This document shows positions 38,948 through 51,955 of a stretch of 64,000 nt of DNA, in pieces; position 1 is the stretch's first letter; every line of letters starts with the position of its first letter. The stretch covers positions 27,034,001 through 27,098,000 of the forward strand of contig CM052818.1 of assembly GCA_028534125.1 (NCBI GenBank), written 5' to 3'. The DNA comes from Lama glama. Its lineage: Eukaryota. The notes under the pieces are model-generated. The model saw nothing but the letters and a program-made list of their open reading frames with translations. It was not told where the DNA came from and did no database searches. A program made the translations under genes and the position numbers.

Positions 38948-40064
38948 TGATAAAAGTTTTAGGGACTGGCAAGCAGGTGAGAAAAACTTTCAAGGGAACA
39001 AAAGTGTCCGTTCTCTGCCTGGGTGCTGAGAATCAGCCTCACTAAGGCCCCAGGCCGACCCCATGCTGTTTCTGAAAGTGTGGGTTGGGAGGAGCTGACC
39101 TGAAGTGACAGGAGCTTCTCCTCGGGCTTCTGTGGCTTGGGGTGAGCCCCGCGGTCCAGGAGCTGCGGGACATGGAAGACTGTGTTCTGGGGTCAGTGGA
39201 ATCTCATGTCCAGTCCCGCCAGGGGCACAGGTCTGGCTGGCCCAGGAGGTGCTGCCCCACTAAGAACTGAAGATGTGTTCTAGCCTGGCTGCGCCGCCCA
39301 CCCGAGTGGGCCTGGGCAGGTCACGCCGGGCCTCTAGGCCTAGGGTTCCATGTCAACAGCCTGCCTCAGTTGAGAGCAAAGGTTGTGTGTATGTGGGAAC
39401 TGAGCCTCCCAACATGCCTTTCATGAAGTCAAGCATGTACTTCACATTATCTAGGGCCTCAGGAAATTTCTAGAATCAAGGAGCTTGGTTAGTGTGAAAC
39501 TGTTTCCAAATGCCTGGTCACCTCTGGGGAGCAGATAAAATGGAGTTTCTGGACCTGCCCCACTGACCTCGAATTCTGGTACCCACCTCCACCCCACCCT
39601 ATCACCATGGCCAAGGCATGGAGAGGGCTCAGCTTGACACAAACAACATGTCTCTCTCTGCACAGTCATCACTGTAACAGAAGCTGATTGGAAGAAGTTT
39701 CCCAACGGGCACTGTGAAGCTTCCTGAATGGAACTGGTTACAAAAATTTTTTTTAATAAAACTTAACATTAAATAGATGATGACTTATAGACTAGTCAGG
39801 AAATAGTTGCAATAGCAGTCCTACTGGTCCTGAAGAAAGCTACCATCCCACGGAAACACATCTGCTGGAACTCTCCAGCACGGCCGTGATAATGATCTTG
39901 ACCCCTGGATCTATGATAAATCAGACTTTAGAAAAGATACAGATATTACACAAGTCATTTCTTGACGGATTATTATTTTTTCCTCCCTCTATCTAGAGTG
40001 TTAGAAGACAACCACATAGAAAGAGAACCATGGTAGCAGGATGATCTGAATCCGGACCACGTAC

Positions 40065-40168
40065 CTGCATTAGAAAGCCCTCCTCTCTGGGTAATTTTCT
40101 CTATGGCTGTCTTTAGGTCCTGGGAATTTGTGTGAGTCTTGAGGTTAAATTGGGTAGCAGGGTTATCT
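40065..40168 (-). CDS. VIT: Vitrin exon, 104 nt (vWA1), phase 2-1; not in the ORF track
   Basis: Acceptor aatcttcag and donor gtacgt; (G)DNPATQFNLKTHTNSQDLKTAIEKITQRGGLSNA(G). Confidence 0.95.
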
Positions 40169-40255
40169 CTGAAGATTCAGAACGAGAAATAAAAATTAGC
40201 TGGGAAGTTATTCCCTTGGGAGAAAAGGAGACCTCAGAGCTGATTCTTTCCTGAA

Positions 40256-40380
40256 CTTGACCCTGACCCTCAACTCTGTCCCTGACCCCTGACCCCTGAC
40301 CCCTGGCTCTGGCCCTTAGCCCTGGCCCTGCCCCTGCCCCTGCCCCTAGCCCCTAACCCCAGCCCCAGCCCCAGCCCCAG
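40256..40380. repeat. Degenerate C-rich 6-7-mer array (CCCTGA > CCCCTG > CCCCAG)
   Basis: Directly visible. Confidence 0.9.
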
Positions 40381-40682
40381 GGCTAGATTTTCTCACTTTG
40401 CACGATTTCCTGAGTGTGTCTGAAAATTGTGAAGAAATCGTAGCTGATCATAAATTAAATGTTGCTTGTAGACAAATAATTTCAAAAGCAAAAATATAAA
40501 ATTTTCTTTCAAAAGTTTGTACAGAAAAAATTTAAATTTTTAAAATTATATTTTGCTAAATCTTGTGATTTAAAAAATAAGACAGAAATATGGAACCTGA
40601 TCACCCCACATCCATAGTGTCCCCTGTCTTACTGTTGATCACTTTGAGAGCAAGGGATCACCTCTTTCCCATACTACACACA

Positions 40683-41593
40683 CTGTCAAATCGTGTTATT
40701 CGCGATCATTCTGTTCTATAAAGTTGCTGCAAACATCAAATTAGGAAGTTCTGAGCCATGGCTCCTAGGGGAAGTACAGGATTAGGTTTTTGTGGGCCTC
40801 TGGTCACATTTTTATCAATAGATCAATATATAAACTTGTTTTATGTGTGTTTCTGTTTCAAGACATCCAGTTTAATATATATGTTTCTTAAAAATAATTA
40901 ATTATATGTAGTATTTCTGTATAACAAAATGCTAGCTGAGTTTTTTCCTGACTCTGGGTAACGTTATGGTAAATTTTTTTAGCTTTCAGCCTCACGATGC
41001 TATCCACTATGCTTTAAAAAAAATATCAATTTTCATTTCATGAATTCCCAAGTTCAGTCACTTTTTCACCTTTTCCATAGCTTCATCATGCTCTATAGAT
41101 ATTAATTACTTTAGCACTTTCTGGAGTAGGCTCACATACAGATCAGTGGATTTCCTCTTTGTTCTGCTGAATGTCCGGAATCACCGATTCATTAACTTTG
41201 TCATGACCGACAACACAAGTGGCCTGAAGGAAGTTTATCTAATACCGTCAGTTTCTCCATGAGCAGGCACAGCCTTCCCGTGCTTAGAACACCCGGATAG
41301 CGCTTCAGTGCTATGCTTGGGACTATTAAAAATATCCCCAATGAAAAGCAGAACAATGTGGTGCTAAAAAGACTGTGAAAAGGACACTTGTTACAGTATG
41401 AGCTGGAACAGGAAGGCAGAGCAGCGCCTTGTTTGACCTCAGCTGGGAGTGCTGTGTGAAACACTCCCCCGTCTGTGCATGTCCACAAACGACAATGAAA
41501 GTGCCATGAATGCCGGTTTTTGGAGACACGAGTAAATTTCAGCACAGAGGTGAATTTGCAAATATGGAATTAGAAAATCATGAAGATTGACTA
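40683..41593 (-). mobile_element. TcMar-Tigger element (MER82-like ends) with CENP-B-type HTH remnant
   Basis: Ends ctgtcaaatcgtgttattcgcg and gaagattgacta+ta; broken minus-strand peptide VNESVIPDIQQNKEEI...HDEAMEKVKK*LNLGIHEM...IVRLKAK. Confidence 0.75.
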
Positions 41594-41819
41594 TAACCTA
41601 CTTGAGAACAGGCGCCGTGTCCTAGGATTTTCTAGCCCGAGTGTTCAGGGTAATAGAGAATTATGGAAAGAAGGAAAGGAATAAAGGAAAGGAGGAAATG
41701 TGGGTGTGTAATCTGCTGATCTGAGAATTACTGTGGAACTAGGGGGCTCTCCGGCTTGCAGTCTGTTTCCACATCGCAGGGCTTGGTAAGCGCAGGGACA
41801 TGGAGTGCCTTGGCAACAG

Positions 41820-43010
41820 ACAGTGCTTGGTGCTTCCCAAACTCAGCCTGTGTCTGGTCACCTGGGGATTTTGTTCAAATGTAGATTCTAATTCTGCAGG
41901 TTGGATGTGATATCCCAGGTTGTGCCTTTCTAACAAGATGATACGGTGGAACGCATTTTGAGTAGCAATGTCTTAGAGGATGCTGTGAGTGTTGAGAAAA
42001 TCAGCAGTGGGGCTGCCAGTGATAAGAGGAAGGGAGGAGAATAAATAAGTCTGGAGACCACAGGAGGAAGGCTGAGAAGAGGGAGGAGAGCGGTGCTCCT
42101 GCAGCCTAGGCTGGCAGCCTGGGCGGGGGTGGGGGGAGGCGGGGGGTGGTTGGGGCAGGGATGCAGGATCCTCCAGATGACAGCACAGCGCTGGCGGAAT
42201 ACGTGTGCCTTCACTCTCTGGTTGCCCAGCAGCAGTACCCAGAGAGCTCTGAAAATGAATGATCCCTGAGTCCCACACTCAGAAATTGTGATTTAACCGA
42301 TCTGAGGTTTGGTCTGGGCATTGGGATTTCAAAAGCTCCCCAAGTGGTTCTAGTGTGCATGGGAGTGGCCATCTGCTCCTCTAGCAGAATGATCTAGGGA
42401 TCGAGGGAGAACGAGCTCCAGGAGAAGGGGCTGCCCGGGGATAAGCCCAGTCCACGTGCAATGGGAGGTCAAGGGGAACCGTCAGGAAGCGGGGGAAGTC
42501 AAGGGCAGTCCTTGTTTCCTCTGTGCGTCTGGGAGAGCGAGGTGAGGAAAAGGAAGAGCGTAAGATTCTTGGGTGTGAACTGTGCCCTCAGCTCATTCAG
42601 CCCGGGGGTGGTGTGCCTGAGGCGTGAGGTTCAAGTGTTCGCCAGCCTGTCACTCCGGAGAAGTGGCAGGGGTGGGGATGGAGGCGGTCTGTGCCACTGG
42701 GCCCTGGAGCACCCTCCCAGGCTGTTCTGGATCCTGTCAGTTTCTGTACAGGCAGGGTAGCCCGAGGGCATGAGAAGAGGACTGGGCGGGAGCCGGAGAG
42801 ACTTGTGGGCCATGGCCACTTGCACCTGGAAGTCGAGCTGCCCCTTTCCTCCCCTCTCGGGGACTTGATTCTCAACCTTGGCTACAGATGAAAATACCAG
42901 CTTCTGGGTATTTGCCAGACTCTAGTTTAACAGGTCTGGGATGCGGCCCAATCATCAGCATTTTTAAAAGCTCCCCTGGTGACAGCAACATGAAGTCCGG
43001 GCCCCAGAGT
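41820..43010. mobile_element. Three MER5-type hAT-Charlie fragments (about 41820-41970, 42230-42365, 42870-43010)
   Basis: tcacctggggattttgttcaaatgtagattct; tctgggcattgggatttcaaaagctccccaagtggttcta; gcatttttaaaagctcccctggtga. Confidence 0.65.
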
Positions 43011-43156
43011 CGCTTCCTGCCCTGAAGTCCTGTGCTGGCTCGGGATTTGCAGCTCCTGGGCCCCTCCCGCTGTGGCTCTTGCCTCAGGCTCCCTCCCACC
43101 CCCACCCCTTTGCTGCAGACTCAAGAAGATGGGACAGAATGGTCCTCCTTGCCAGG

Positions 43157-43591
43157 TGTATTAGTTGCCTATTTCTGCTGTAAATTTAGTGGCTTAAACA
43201 ACATACATCTTGGCTTCCAGCTGAAGGTCAGAAGTCCGACATGGGTCTCCCTGGGAGGGCTGTGCTCCTTCCCGAAGGCTCTCGGAGACTGCCACTGCCT
43301 TGTCCTCCAGCCTGCTTTTCTTGGTCAAGGCCCCCTTCCTCCAACCTCAGAGGCAGCTGTCACATCTTTCTCATGACTCTTCCATAGTCACATCTCTCTG
43401 TGACTGATAATAGCTGGGAAAGGGTCTCTGCTTTTAAGGACTCAAGTGATCACATTGGGACACCCTTCCCATCTCAGGGGCCTTAACTTTAATCACATCC
43501 ACAAAGTCCCTCCTGCCATATGAAGTCACATCTCCACGGGTTCCAGGGATTCAGACGTGGGCAGCTTTGGGGCCATTATTCTGCCCATTGC
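43157..43591. mobile_element. MLT1 solo LTR
   Basis: tgtattagttgcctat...tttagtggcttaaacaac...aatcacatccacaaagtccc...ggggccattattctgcc. Confidence 0.85.
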
Positions 43592-46500
43592 CCCCAGACA
43601 CCTCACTTCCTCCCCCACCCTGATTTCCCCACAGTCTCTGGCTCAGCTGATCCACGGGAGCCTCTGAGTGTCCTTCCTTTTTTTCTGGGCAGAAAGGGAG
43701 GCTCATCTGAGTGTGACTGAGGGTGTTCAGTCTGGGGCTGAGGTGGGTGGGCTAAATTAGAGGGTAAGGAAATGCAGCCCAACTCAGAGATAAAACATAA
43801 GGCACCTGTCAAAGAACCACGAGCAGAGAAAAGTGTGTTTCATTTTGAAATGGAGCAAAACCACTATTTTGCTTTATTCCATAGCTGTTTTCCAATGTTG
43901 ATATCCTAGGGTTGATTACAAAGTTCAGAGGCACATGTGCAATTCAGTTCCATTTATACTGAAACTGGGAACTAAAACGAAATCATAGTGAAGGTCCAGG
44001 GGGCACTTGGCACCTGTGGATCCAGACGGCAGCTAAAATGCAGCTGCTTGGCTAGGCTCGTTCTGTTTGCTGGAGTTCACCTAACAGCTGCTTGCTCTGG
44101 CTGTCCTTTCATCTGGCCTCTTAGCGCTCCTGTTGTATTAAGTGCAGTCATGAGCCTGTTGGCTGTTTAATTCTAAATCAGAACACAAGGGCTTGCTCCC
44201 TGGCCTTTTGTTCAAGCAGTGTCTCAGTCCTCAGTTTGGTAGAAAGCTTTGATTATCAGGAGCTTTCTCCGCAGAGGAGCAAAATCTTTGCTTTGAAGTC
44301 AGTTTTATTTGACATTTTAGGGATTAATTTTAATTTAATATCTGTCCTTTCCCCATTGGTCACGCTTTTAGCTGTATGTTCTTGGGAAAGTCACTCAAGC
44401 TCTCTGAATTGGTATCAAACGCTGCCTCTCTTACTAGAGGTGCATGATGATGTGGAAGGAACGCTGTGGTTGCTGAAAAGTTAACAGGGGGTGGGGGTCG
44501 GGGATGGCAGTGACATGGGAGAGGGAGCATCCTGGCACCACGGTGGCTCAGGTGCTCCCCCTGGCCTGGATCAGAAATAGGGAGCCAGCTAACGCATGGG
44601 GAAGTTATGGAGGAGAAGAAACCACAAGCCCAGGAGGGGATGATCTGATCTGCTGATAGAATGGAGTGGACAAGCAGGGAGACAGGGAGATCCAGGAAAA
44701 GGAGGGAGGGGGTGACCAACGACCTGCCAGTCCTGTCACAGGACTCTTCCTTCACCTGCCTGCCTGCCTGCGTGGACTGATTTTCTGTTTCCTGTACCCA
44801 AAAAAAAATCTTTGTGTAGGATGCTAAGGGATCAGGGGCAGAAAGAACATTGCATTTTGTACATCCAAACCATTTTTATACTTCTGGGTTTTTTTTTACT
44901 TCTTATTTGCCTTTTGTCTCCTGTTAATAGTATGAGCCTTCTAAATTCTAAATTTAAAAGTTTAAGATCTGCCTCAGCTCTCCTAAGGAATCTTCTTGGT
45001 GGGTGGGTGGGGGGTGTCTTCCATGTGGACCAGTAGCAGCGGTGACAGAGGTGAGACGCCTTGAGAGGAGGAGAAATTCCAAACCCCGAGTCCTCTTGCC
45101 TTGGCCAGCCCCTTCCCAGCCTAAGCCTCACCTGATTGTCACTTCTTTTTGAGCCTTGCTTCCTCCCTATAACGCGAGGAGGTGGAACCAGGGGATTTCT
45201 AAGGCTCCATTGCTCTGTGATTCCAAGACAGTGAGGCTGATTCCCTGTGGTGGTGAATCAGGTACTAGAATCCCGTGAGAACCCAAAATGCCAGGAGAGG
45301 AATCAGTTTCCCAGTCAGCCGAGCACTGGAAAGCCCTTTTCCAGAAACACTGGCCCCATATCCCCTTTCCTGCCCCACTCCCTCTTTTGGCACTAAGACT
45401 GTTTGCTAAGGAAGGAGGGCCGGGAGGCACCCAGGTGCCTGAAATAAGAGGAAGTCCAGCTGGGTGCGTGGATTTCCCCTTCAGCCTCATCACACCCTTC
45501 TTCTGATGCCTGTCTCCGATTTATTTTGTTCGCCACGTCCCAGTGATGGACAGATAACCTCCGTGCAGCTGTCATATCATTGTTGATCATTCATCCCACA
45601 GAATCGGAACCGAGGCTGGAAGGGAAAGGAGGCTTATCCAGGGTGTTAGCCCCACATTCATTGATTGGACGTCTCCCAAGAGCTGGTCACTGAATTACAG
45701 AACATCAGAGCCCTAATAAATCATCTGGCCCGCCCCCCAACGCCTCATCCTTCACAGATGGCAGCCCTTACGTGGAGAGGTTAAGGGACTTGCTTAAGGT
45801 CACACAGTAAAGCTAAGGCCGGAATTCAAGACATCCCGTCGCCCGTTCACTATGCTTCCCTCTCCAGGCTGCGGCCAAAGGAGGACAAAGAGGATTGATC
45901 GGTCTGTGTGAGCATAAAGAGAAGGAAAACAGACACCTTCTCCTTTAAGGGCTTTAAATGAATAAAGACCTTGAGTGGAAAAAAAGACGAACAGCAAAGG
46001 CATTTTTAGAAAGTGACATTGGAGGTAAACAATTCTTCCCTGCAAACGGTGATCATATTGGGAAACCTTGAGAGAAAGTTTTTTTTCCGAGGGGAAGGAG
46101 TGTTTACTGAATTGTTTTTCCGCCCCTGCTCCGTTGGTTCTTTAATCCACTTTCCCATCAGCACACAACACGATTCTCCTGCCATTTTTCTTCTCCTTGA
46201 CATATTTATCATCTTATTTTCATATTATCCTATAAACCTTGGGATACGCAGCTTTTAAAGCAGCTATTTTTAATGCAAGATGGCACACCAAGATTTGAAC
46301 CCTCCAATAAAACTGACCGGGGACAGCTGGCACTAAAACACTTCCATTTCCTCCCTGGAGAAGCCTGCTATTTGTTTGCTGTCTTTAGAAGGTAACACAG
46401 CAATGAAAACAGGTGGATGTGTTGAAACCAAGAAACAGTGACCCAAAGTATGTATTGTCCTATTTCAAGTTAAAATCCTCCAGATCATTTGACATTGAAG

Positions 46501-47763
46501 ATTGGCATTTGTAGCAATTGGTTATTTTCATATACTTGACTCTGACTTTATACAAGTGCCACTTCACTCAGCTATTTTTCTTCATAGGAATAGAAGATAG
46601 TGTTAAATATGTGATTGGAATTTAATTCTAAAATACAAACATCATAGGTTCTTAAGAAAATAAGACATTTTTGTTTATTTCCTTGGTGATCTCAAAAATA
46701 AATATTCCAGTGTCTTCGACTTAACCTCGGTTAAAATGCTGCTTCTGGAGGTCCTCTGGAAACGTTTGAAGGGTCTGGAGACCCCTCACGAATGTTATCA
46801 GTATTTTTCCTTTTCAGGAGGGACATTAGGCCGTGACTGCGGCTTCTGAGCAAGAGGTGCCCAGGCTGATGTGAGATTCTACTTCCAAGGCCAGGCTGCA
46901 GTGCTGCGGGGAGGGAGGGGTGGCTGTGTCTGGGGGTCCTTTGTGGGACTTTGAGACAATTATCCTGCCCTCAATAATTCTTGCTCAAAAGTCCACCTAT
47001 TATTTGAGGTTTGTGCTTGCTTGCTCCTTTGTTTATTTTCTGTTGACATCTGTGTATCTGTTTTAGAGAGCTGTCTATTCACAGTTGAAATAAGATTGAC
47101 TTATTTTCCCAACAAGAGAAAAAGTTGAGACTGGACGTCAGCATGAGACCTCGATTTCTACCCTACGTAGAATAGTGAAATGGACTGGGGACAGTCACAC
47201 AAGTACCCGCTGACTGATGGGGGCAGTTCCCCTCCCCTCCCTGTTGCCTGGTGGGCTTTCTCAGCACCAGTGCAGCAGCCTCAGGTTATGCAGAGGAAGG
47301 AGAAAGTTCACCATAGAGCACCGTGTTTTCGGGGTATCTCACCTATAGGTGGACAGGTGGGAGCGCAGGAGCCCTTCCAACAAATACTTTCATAGTCAGG
47401 GTTGAATGGGGTCCCCCTTCTCCAACTACAGATGAGGAAACCGATGGCGGGAGAAGTGAAGGCCTATCTCAAGGCCATGCAGTGAAAACTTGAGCCCTGT
47501 TCTCTTAATTCTCCCCAAAATATTCTCTCTACCAATCAGGAGTGCAAACACCATTTACTTACAAGTCTCGATTAACCCATCCTGCCCTTCTGGAAGTCTC
47601 GAGTTTCTTTACATGGCCTCTGGATTGCTTCAATTTCTTTCATTTATATTTGTATCAGGGAAGAGAAGGAATCTGATGTGCTCTAGGATATGTTGGTACT
47701 TTTCTGCGGCACAAAATTAAGCGCAGGACATCCCTTAGTTTCTGAATTCAAGACAGCACTTAC

Positions 47764-47911
47764 CCGTACTGAACAACACCCATCAGTGGACCAGCAGGGC
47801 CAACGTCCAGAACTTGGGCGACGTCAGCCAGGAACTGCTTCTGGATTCGGAATCGACGTTTGCCAATGCTTGAGCTCCCATCGATGAGAAATGACAAGTC
47901 GATCTTGCAGT
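47764..47911 (-). CDS. VIT: Vitrin exon, 148 nt (start of vWA1), phase 1-2
   Basis: Acceptor ttttcgttcctcag and donor gtaagt; (N)CKIDLSFLIDGSSSIGKRRFRIQKQFLADVAQVLDVGPAGPLMGVVQY(G). Confidence 0.97.
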
Positions 47912-49589
47912 CTGAGGAACGAAAAAGGACTCTATTAGTCCATGACTCTCTCACTGCATTCACTGCTCTTTCCCTCCACCAGATCCCCTTGGGATTCCAA
48001 CAAAAGGAGAAATTTGAAAAGCAAGATGCAAGGCATATTCATTGATTTCTATCCATAATAGGTTTTCACTGGGCACCAAGGTCCACGACTGCTTTAGAAT
48101 TCTCTGTATCAGACACAACCAGATACTTCAGAAGCTGTGACCTCCCAGTCAAGTCTGAGAAGGCCCTCAGAACAGTCTCCTAGGCTCAGACCGTATAAGT
48201 GCAGACCCCCAGATGTGGGAATTCACCCAGTCTGAGTCTTGTGGGGGGAGCCTGTAGTCTTTCTGTCATCCTAACTTTTTAGAATTGTGTGTTGGCATCT
48301 GTGAAAGTCAGGAAAGGACTTGCAGGACCAGTGTTGAGGGGAGGGCAGGAATTGTAGAATGAAAAATGGATACCAGTCTTATCCTTCACTTTCCCGGGTG
48401 GGGCAACCCTAGAAATTATGCACGTTTATTGACAGATATCTGTACTTGTTTGTAGCTATCTTAGATTTTTGTCCCTTTCTTTTAGTTGTGACAAAGATCA
48501 GGACAGTTCTGGTTAGGCTGTCTGGACCTCTGCGAACAGATAAAGGTTATGATGGGGTTGGGGGGTGGTAAGGGGGGCTGCAAGGCATTTCAACCTTTCA
48601 GAGGCTAATAAGAATTGGTAAAAAGTCACAAGCAAACAGAAGTTAGTACTTTGCTCTCGACTGAAATTGTATCATCTCATTTCAATGAAATTGATGATTC
48701 AGTGCTGATCAGAGGCTTCTTATTGGGAGTTCTATATCCCACTGATAAATAAAAAATGAGGAATGAGTTATTTAACAACTGTAGGATGAGAGGAAAAAAA
48801 TATTTCAGAACAGAATTCCATGGTGGAGAAGAAGAGAGAGAGACTGCAAAGTTAGAAATTTCTAGGCTGGAGTGTCCAGGAGGACAGAGGGGCCAGCATT
48901 GCCTTCTGTGGGAGGGATGCAGCTGTCCAGACCAGCCTGGGTCTCAGCGCTGCCGCACGACTGCCCGCGAGGCCACTTTCGGCTTCTGTTCTCTGCATTA
49001 CATGTTGTGTTGCTTCAATGGGACTGGAGTCCTCCCATTCCCCAGAAGAAGGAGCTTTGTGGCAGAGAGATTTTTTTTTTTTTAATGAAAGCAAGAAAAT
49101 GACCATGAGTCGACACAGTTTTAAGCAGAACGGATGAGAACTATTTCATAAAGTGTGATACTACAGACTTGGCAGATTGAGGGGAACATTCGATCTGAGA
49201 GTGCTTTATTCTCTTGCTGCGGGGCATGGCAATCAAAACCAGAGGAGAAGTGGGCGACGACAGGGACCTCTCTGGGCCTGGCAGACTCCGCTCCATCTGG
49301 AATTAGTGCCTCAGATCACTAGGGACTTGCAGGCTTTCAGTCCCCGTCTGCGTGGACATCCAGGGCCTGCCACCCTTCTTGTTCCGCTGGTGTCCCCCCA
49401 AACTGCCTATGCAGCATGCCAAGCATGATCCTCGAGATGAAGACTGGGAGAAGCAAACTCAGTCAAAGCTGCCACTAAAGCCCGGGGTAAAGCAAAAGGG
49501 AAGCAGAACTGTTCTAGGCCTTGGCATGTGTTCGCCAAACAGGGCCAACCCGCTCTTTCCCAGATACGGGCTTGCAAGGTGAAATGTCG

Positions 49590-49752
49590 CCAGCAGGTGG
49601 CAGTGGTGTTCTTTAGGGCTTGCCGCCCACCCGTGCCTACTGTTTTCTGGAAATGCGGGCACCCAGGCTCCACCCAGACCTATAGAATCAGGTCCGCAGT
49701 TTAGCAAGATCCCAGGGTGATTCGCATGCACTTTAAAGTTTGAGAAGCACTC
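49590..49752. mobile_element. MER5-type fragment
   Basis: gaaatgc...caggctccacccagaccta...gaatcag...tagcaagatcccagggtgattc...taaagtttgagaagcact. Confidence 0.7.
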
Positions 49753-49896
49753 CTAGAAGGGTTTTCCTTCCAGATGTCAGTCGATCAGTTCAAATGCCTT
49801 TTTACATGAAAAAAAAATTACTTTTTTGGAATAACTTAATGAGAGTAAGGACGGAAGGGGGTTTTCCTTTTAAATGAATGAAAGTATGTGGATTTT

Positions 49897-50243
49897 CATT
49901 CATCTGTTGAAGTGCACTTACGATACTTGGCAATTATAAATAATGTTGCTGTTAATAGCAGGGGGTATGTATCTTTTTGAATTAATTCTTATTTTGTGGT
50001 TGGCTTTACTCTTTTGATAACTATGTAAGTCTAAAAAGCTAAAGCTCTAAATGTTCTTAGAAACAATGAACAGTACATATACATAAATTTAAAAAATAGG
50101 TGAAGTATATTGTGTATATGTATTTACATGTAATACATTGTATATGTGCAGTCAAATTGTAACAATTCTACCTAATAAAACTGAAAAATGAACAAAAGAC
50201 ACCAAAAAAAAGGAAAAAAAAGAAGTTGAAAGTTAAAAAAAAT
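49897..50243. mobile_element. L1 insertion with an inverted 5' part and a TSD
   Basis: Antisense L1 text at 49897-49990, then a sense L1-like 3' end with A-tail; agtat(g/a)tggatttt at 49883-49896 and 50244-50257. Confidence 0.7.
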
Positions 50244-50732
50244 AGTATATGGATTTTGTAGCATCTATTTTGATTCTTCCCAGACCATTTTTCTTTCCTT
50301 GTTTCTTATATCTTGAACTGTGTTCAGAATTGATGTGTTTATTTCAGAGGTTTTAAGAAAGTGTTTCTCAATTTGCTTTTGTTCTCTTCTCTCATTAGCC
50401 TGATGGCTGATACCGGGATCACCTTCGCTCCTGTCCAACAGCGTGTTAACGACTGTGGCTCTGGCTCAGGGCATGGGCTCGCTGAGACCCTAGTGGCTTT
50501 CTCACATTGAGATGGAAACACGCTGATGTGAAGATGACAACATCAATACAAAAGGACAGATCTGGGTTCTGAAATGTTCAGCATGAGCAATTTATTATGG
50601 TCACTGGGGCAGAAGGAGGAGGAGGAAGAAAAGGTAAGACAGAGTGTCTACAGGAATCAATCTACTAATTTTCTTAATTGCTTTCATTTTTTTCAACATG
50701 GTACAATTTTACAGATTAATGCTTTGTGTAGG

Positions 50733-51046
50733 CCAGTGTTTCTTAACCCTGGGTAAGTGTCAGAGTTGCTCATGTAGCTTCAACAGATAAAAATGCCTGC
50801 TGTGGGCGGTGCTTCTCAAGGGTTAGTGGGCCAAGGAATCCCTTAAGGAGGTCTGGGGTGGAGCCTGACAGTTTGCATTTCTGACAAGCTCCCAGGTGGC
50901 GCTGATACTGGTCCTCAGACCACACTTTGAGTAGCAAGATCTAGGGAGAGTCTGATTCAGGAGGCACGAGGCAGCAGTTGGCATTTTTCATTTTTTCAAA
51001 AGGTCTTTGGGTGATTCTGACACGTAGCTGAGTTGAGACTCACAGC
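50733..51046. mobile_element. MER5A-like element nested in another MER5-type element
   Basis: Inner copy about 50806-50939 (gtgcttctcaa...tgcatttctgacaagctcccaggtg...cacactttgagtagcaag); the outer halves flank it. Confidence 0.65.
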
Positions 51047-51379
51047 CCATTGGCAGCTGACTTACAACTTTCTGGGGGAGTTTTCAGGCACTCTCCTTGG
51101 CTGGCAACACAACTCCCTCCGTGGCTTCCCTCCTTCTCTGGCCCCTCTTCCTGGTATGCTCAGGTGGCTTCTCTTCTGCCCCGTCTTAAAGATCTTCAGG
51201 TTTAACTCCTCTGTTTCTTTTTCTATCCCATCTCCCCAGGTCACATTTTGTGTTCTCGTAGCCTTTGGTTATGAATTACAGCCCATCATCTTCCAACTCT
51301 GTGTTTTCAGTTGGGCTGTTCCTTCTGATGTCAGATCTCGGTAGTTAACCCTCTGCTAGACCGAATGCCTTACAGAAGG

Positions 51380-51760
51380 TGATAGACAGACGCTCTCCTG
51401 CCCCAGCCTGCCCCATCTCCAGTGGTCCTCATGGCAGCACCATTTACCCAAGTTGCTCACAGCATCTCTAACTGCTCTCTGTCTCACACTTCCACCCCCA
51501 ACCCTCTAGATTCTTCCTTTTCTATCTCTTGAATTTGCCCATTTCTCTCCATCTCTACTTCCCACGCTGAGCTCTGTCTACCATCATCTCCACAGACCAC
51601 CGTCCTCGCTGGCCAGCCAGTCTCCTCTCATCTGCCTTTGTCTCCCCACACCACCCACCCCTGTTGCCATAGTGATGTTTTAAACATCTGATCCTCTTCC
51701 CCTCTTGCACAACAGTAGTTTAAATCCTTCAAAAGCTTCCCTTTCCCCTTAGAACAAAGT
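51380..51760 (+). mobile_element. L2 fragment
   Basis: atggcagcaccatttacccaagttgctca...atctcttgaatttgcccatttctctccatctctact...aatccttcaaaagcttccc. Confidence 0.75.
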
Positions 51761-51892
51761 GACAGAAGAGAGGAGATAAAGAGACCCGGGGTAGGAGAGA
51801 GGCGGGTTTGGATGGGAGCGAGTGGGTAGAAGGCAGAGAGGGCAGATCAGATGTCAAAGCCACTGTGGGTTTCTAGTTGTCAGTTAACTTAC

Positions 51893-51955
51893 TTGGATCT
51901 CCCTGGGACACTGGTTCCAAAGACTGTGTGCTTAATTCTTCTTTTGGAACAAATC
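51893..51955 (-). CDS. VIT: Vitrin linker exon, 63 nt, phase 1-1
   Basis: Acceptor tgttctttccag and donor gtaagt; (G)FVPKEELSTQSLEPVSQGDP(N). Confidence 0.93.

Noticed and set aside
39777..39833. C-box (ATGATGA) ... D-box (CTGA) snoRNA-like pattern; similar ATGATGA repeats near 5104
   Set aside because: Antisense to the host intron or inside a UTR, with no terminal stem or recognisable guide sequence
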